NCBI GenBank assembly: GCA_014905635.1
Contig: JABVCE010000011.1
Span: 1,178,001 to 1,242,000, forward strand
From: Scenedesmus sp. PABB004
Taxonomy: Eukaryota
Direction of reading: 5' to 3'
DNA: 64,000 nucleotides
Shown here one piece after another: positions 62,726 to 64,000 of the stretch. The notes beneath the pieces are model-generated. The model worked only from the letters and a program-made list of their open reading frames with translations. It was not told the DNA's origin and searched no databases. Positions within the stretch are counted from its first letter, which is position 1, and each line of letters starts with the position of its first letter. Both the position numbers and the translations under genes were made by a program.

Positions 62726-64000
62726 ATGCAGGCCCACCGGCACGCGGCGCGCGGCGCTGGCGGCGGCACCGTCGCGGCGCTGCCGCGGGCGCAGCCGCAG
62801 CAGCGGCCGCGCCGCCGCGTGCGGGCGTGCGCCGCCTCCGGTGCCGCCGCCGCCGCCGCCGCCGCCGGGCCGGTGCCTGGGCCGCCCGGCCTGGCGCGGC
62901 GCATCCTGGCCAACCCGGAGCTCGAGGGGGAGCCGCTCGCGTTCCTCAAGGCGACCGAGGCCTTCTGGTCGGCCCTCAAGCAGCAGAAGCACGACCCCCG
63001 CCGCCGGGGCCCCACCCCCGTGACAGCCAGCCCGCAGCCCTGCGCGGCGCACGTCGGGGGCGCGCCCGCGCCCGCGAGCGCCGCCGCGCCGCGGCGCGGC
63101 CCCGCGTTTGGCGCCGCGCCGCCGCGCGTCGCCGGCGCGCCCGCCGCGGCGCCCGCGGCGGCGCACGACTTTGACGTCGTCGTGTGCGGCGGCGTGCTCG
63201 GCATGCTGGCGGCGCTCGCGCTGCAGTCGCAGGGCTGGCGCGTCGCGGTCGTCGAGCGGCGGCTCGCGGTCGGCCGCGTCGCCGAGTGGAACGCCGCCTG
63301 GTCGGAGCTCAAGGCGCGCGGCGCGCGGGGCGGCCGGCCGCCCGCACACGTGCCCGCCCGCCCGCGGCGGCGGTCCGAGCCGCCCGCGCTTGCACCCCTG
63401 CCCCCGCCCGCGCCACCGCGCAGGTGCTCGCGGAGCTCGGCCTGCTGAGCGAGGCCGAGCTGCGCTCGAGCGTCGCGACGAGCTTCAACCCCGTGCGCGT
63501 CGCGTTTGCGGGCGCCGCCGGCGCGCCGCCCGCGGCGCCGCTGCTGGTGCAGGACTGCCTTAACCTGGGCATCAGCCCCAGCCGCCTCGTCGCCCTCGCG
63601 CTCGCGCGCTTCGAGGCGCTCGGCGGTGCCGTTTACGAGCACACGTCGTTCAAGGTGCGTGGGTGGGTGCGTGCGTGCGTGTGTATGTGTGTGCGTGCGC
63701 GCGCGCGGCGGGCTGGCGAGAAGGCAGCCTAGCCTGGCTGTCCAGCGGGCGGCAGGCGGGCGGGCGGCGTCCGGCCGCGCGCGCGGCGCCGCGCTCGCTC
63801 ACGCACCCCCGCCGCCGCGCCGCAGTCGGCGGTGGTCTGCCCCGACGGCGTGGCGCTGACGACGGCGCCGTCGCGCGACGCGCCGCCCGACGTGGGCGAC
63901 ACAAACCGCCCCAACGGCCTGCGCACGCGGCGCGGCGCCGCAGCGGCGGCGGTGCCGCGTCTGCGCTACGTGCCTGGCGAGGGGCTCGTGCACTCTGGCG
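62726..64000 (+). CDS. CruP/CruA-like FAD-dependent oxidoreductase (lycopene cyclase-like), 5' part; runs off the window
   Basis: FDVVVCGGVLG, VAVVERR..GRVAEWN, VATSFNPVRVAF, DCLNLGISP; transit-peptide-like N-terminus. Confidence 0.82.

Overview
Eukaryotic nuclear DNA, extremely GC-rich (roughly 80% by eye) and gene-dense, with many short spliceosomal introns (donors GTGCG/GCGCG, CTGAC/CTCAC branch motifs, YAG acceptors) and TGTAA poly(A) signals. Gene content (Ycf66, APE1, CruP-like, stearoyl-ACP desaturase, VPS10) points to a chlorophyte green alga, possibly Sphaeropleales (inference). Most long ORFs in the supplied track are GC artefacts. I reconstructed about 22 spliced genes by hand: an LRR-like 3' fragment, Ycf66, RecQ, SAD/FAB2, a secreted subtilase, UAP56, GCIP, MDHAR, SPICE1-like, VPS10, QCR6, LSM3, RPL27, SLP phosphatase, TatSF1, a GARP transcription factor, a PP2C pseudophosphatase, a NERD/PD-(D/E)XK protein, APE1, an ADS desaturase, TauE/SafE and CruP-like. 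Most notable: (1) about 18 of about 130 introns appear to use GC donors, four of them consecutive in MDHAR; (2) two long, nearly perfect hairpins about 1.2 kb apart, candidate miRNA precursors; (3) a RecQ helicase with a RECQ5-like KIX segment fused to a TFIIS N-terminal domain; (4) a putatively lipid-anchored PP2C lacking its catalytic aspartates; (5) an outlier 1.08 kb intron in UAP56. Several single-base frameshifts look like assembly errors. Family calls come from motifs recognised by eye, not database searches. CDS coordinates span start to stop including introns.
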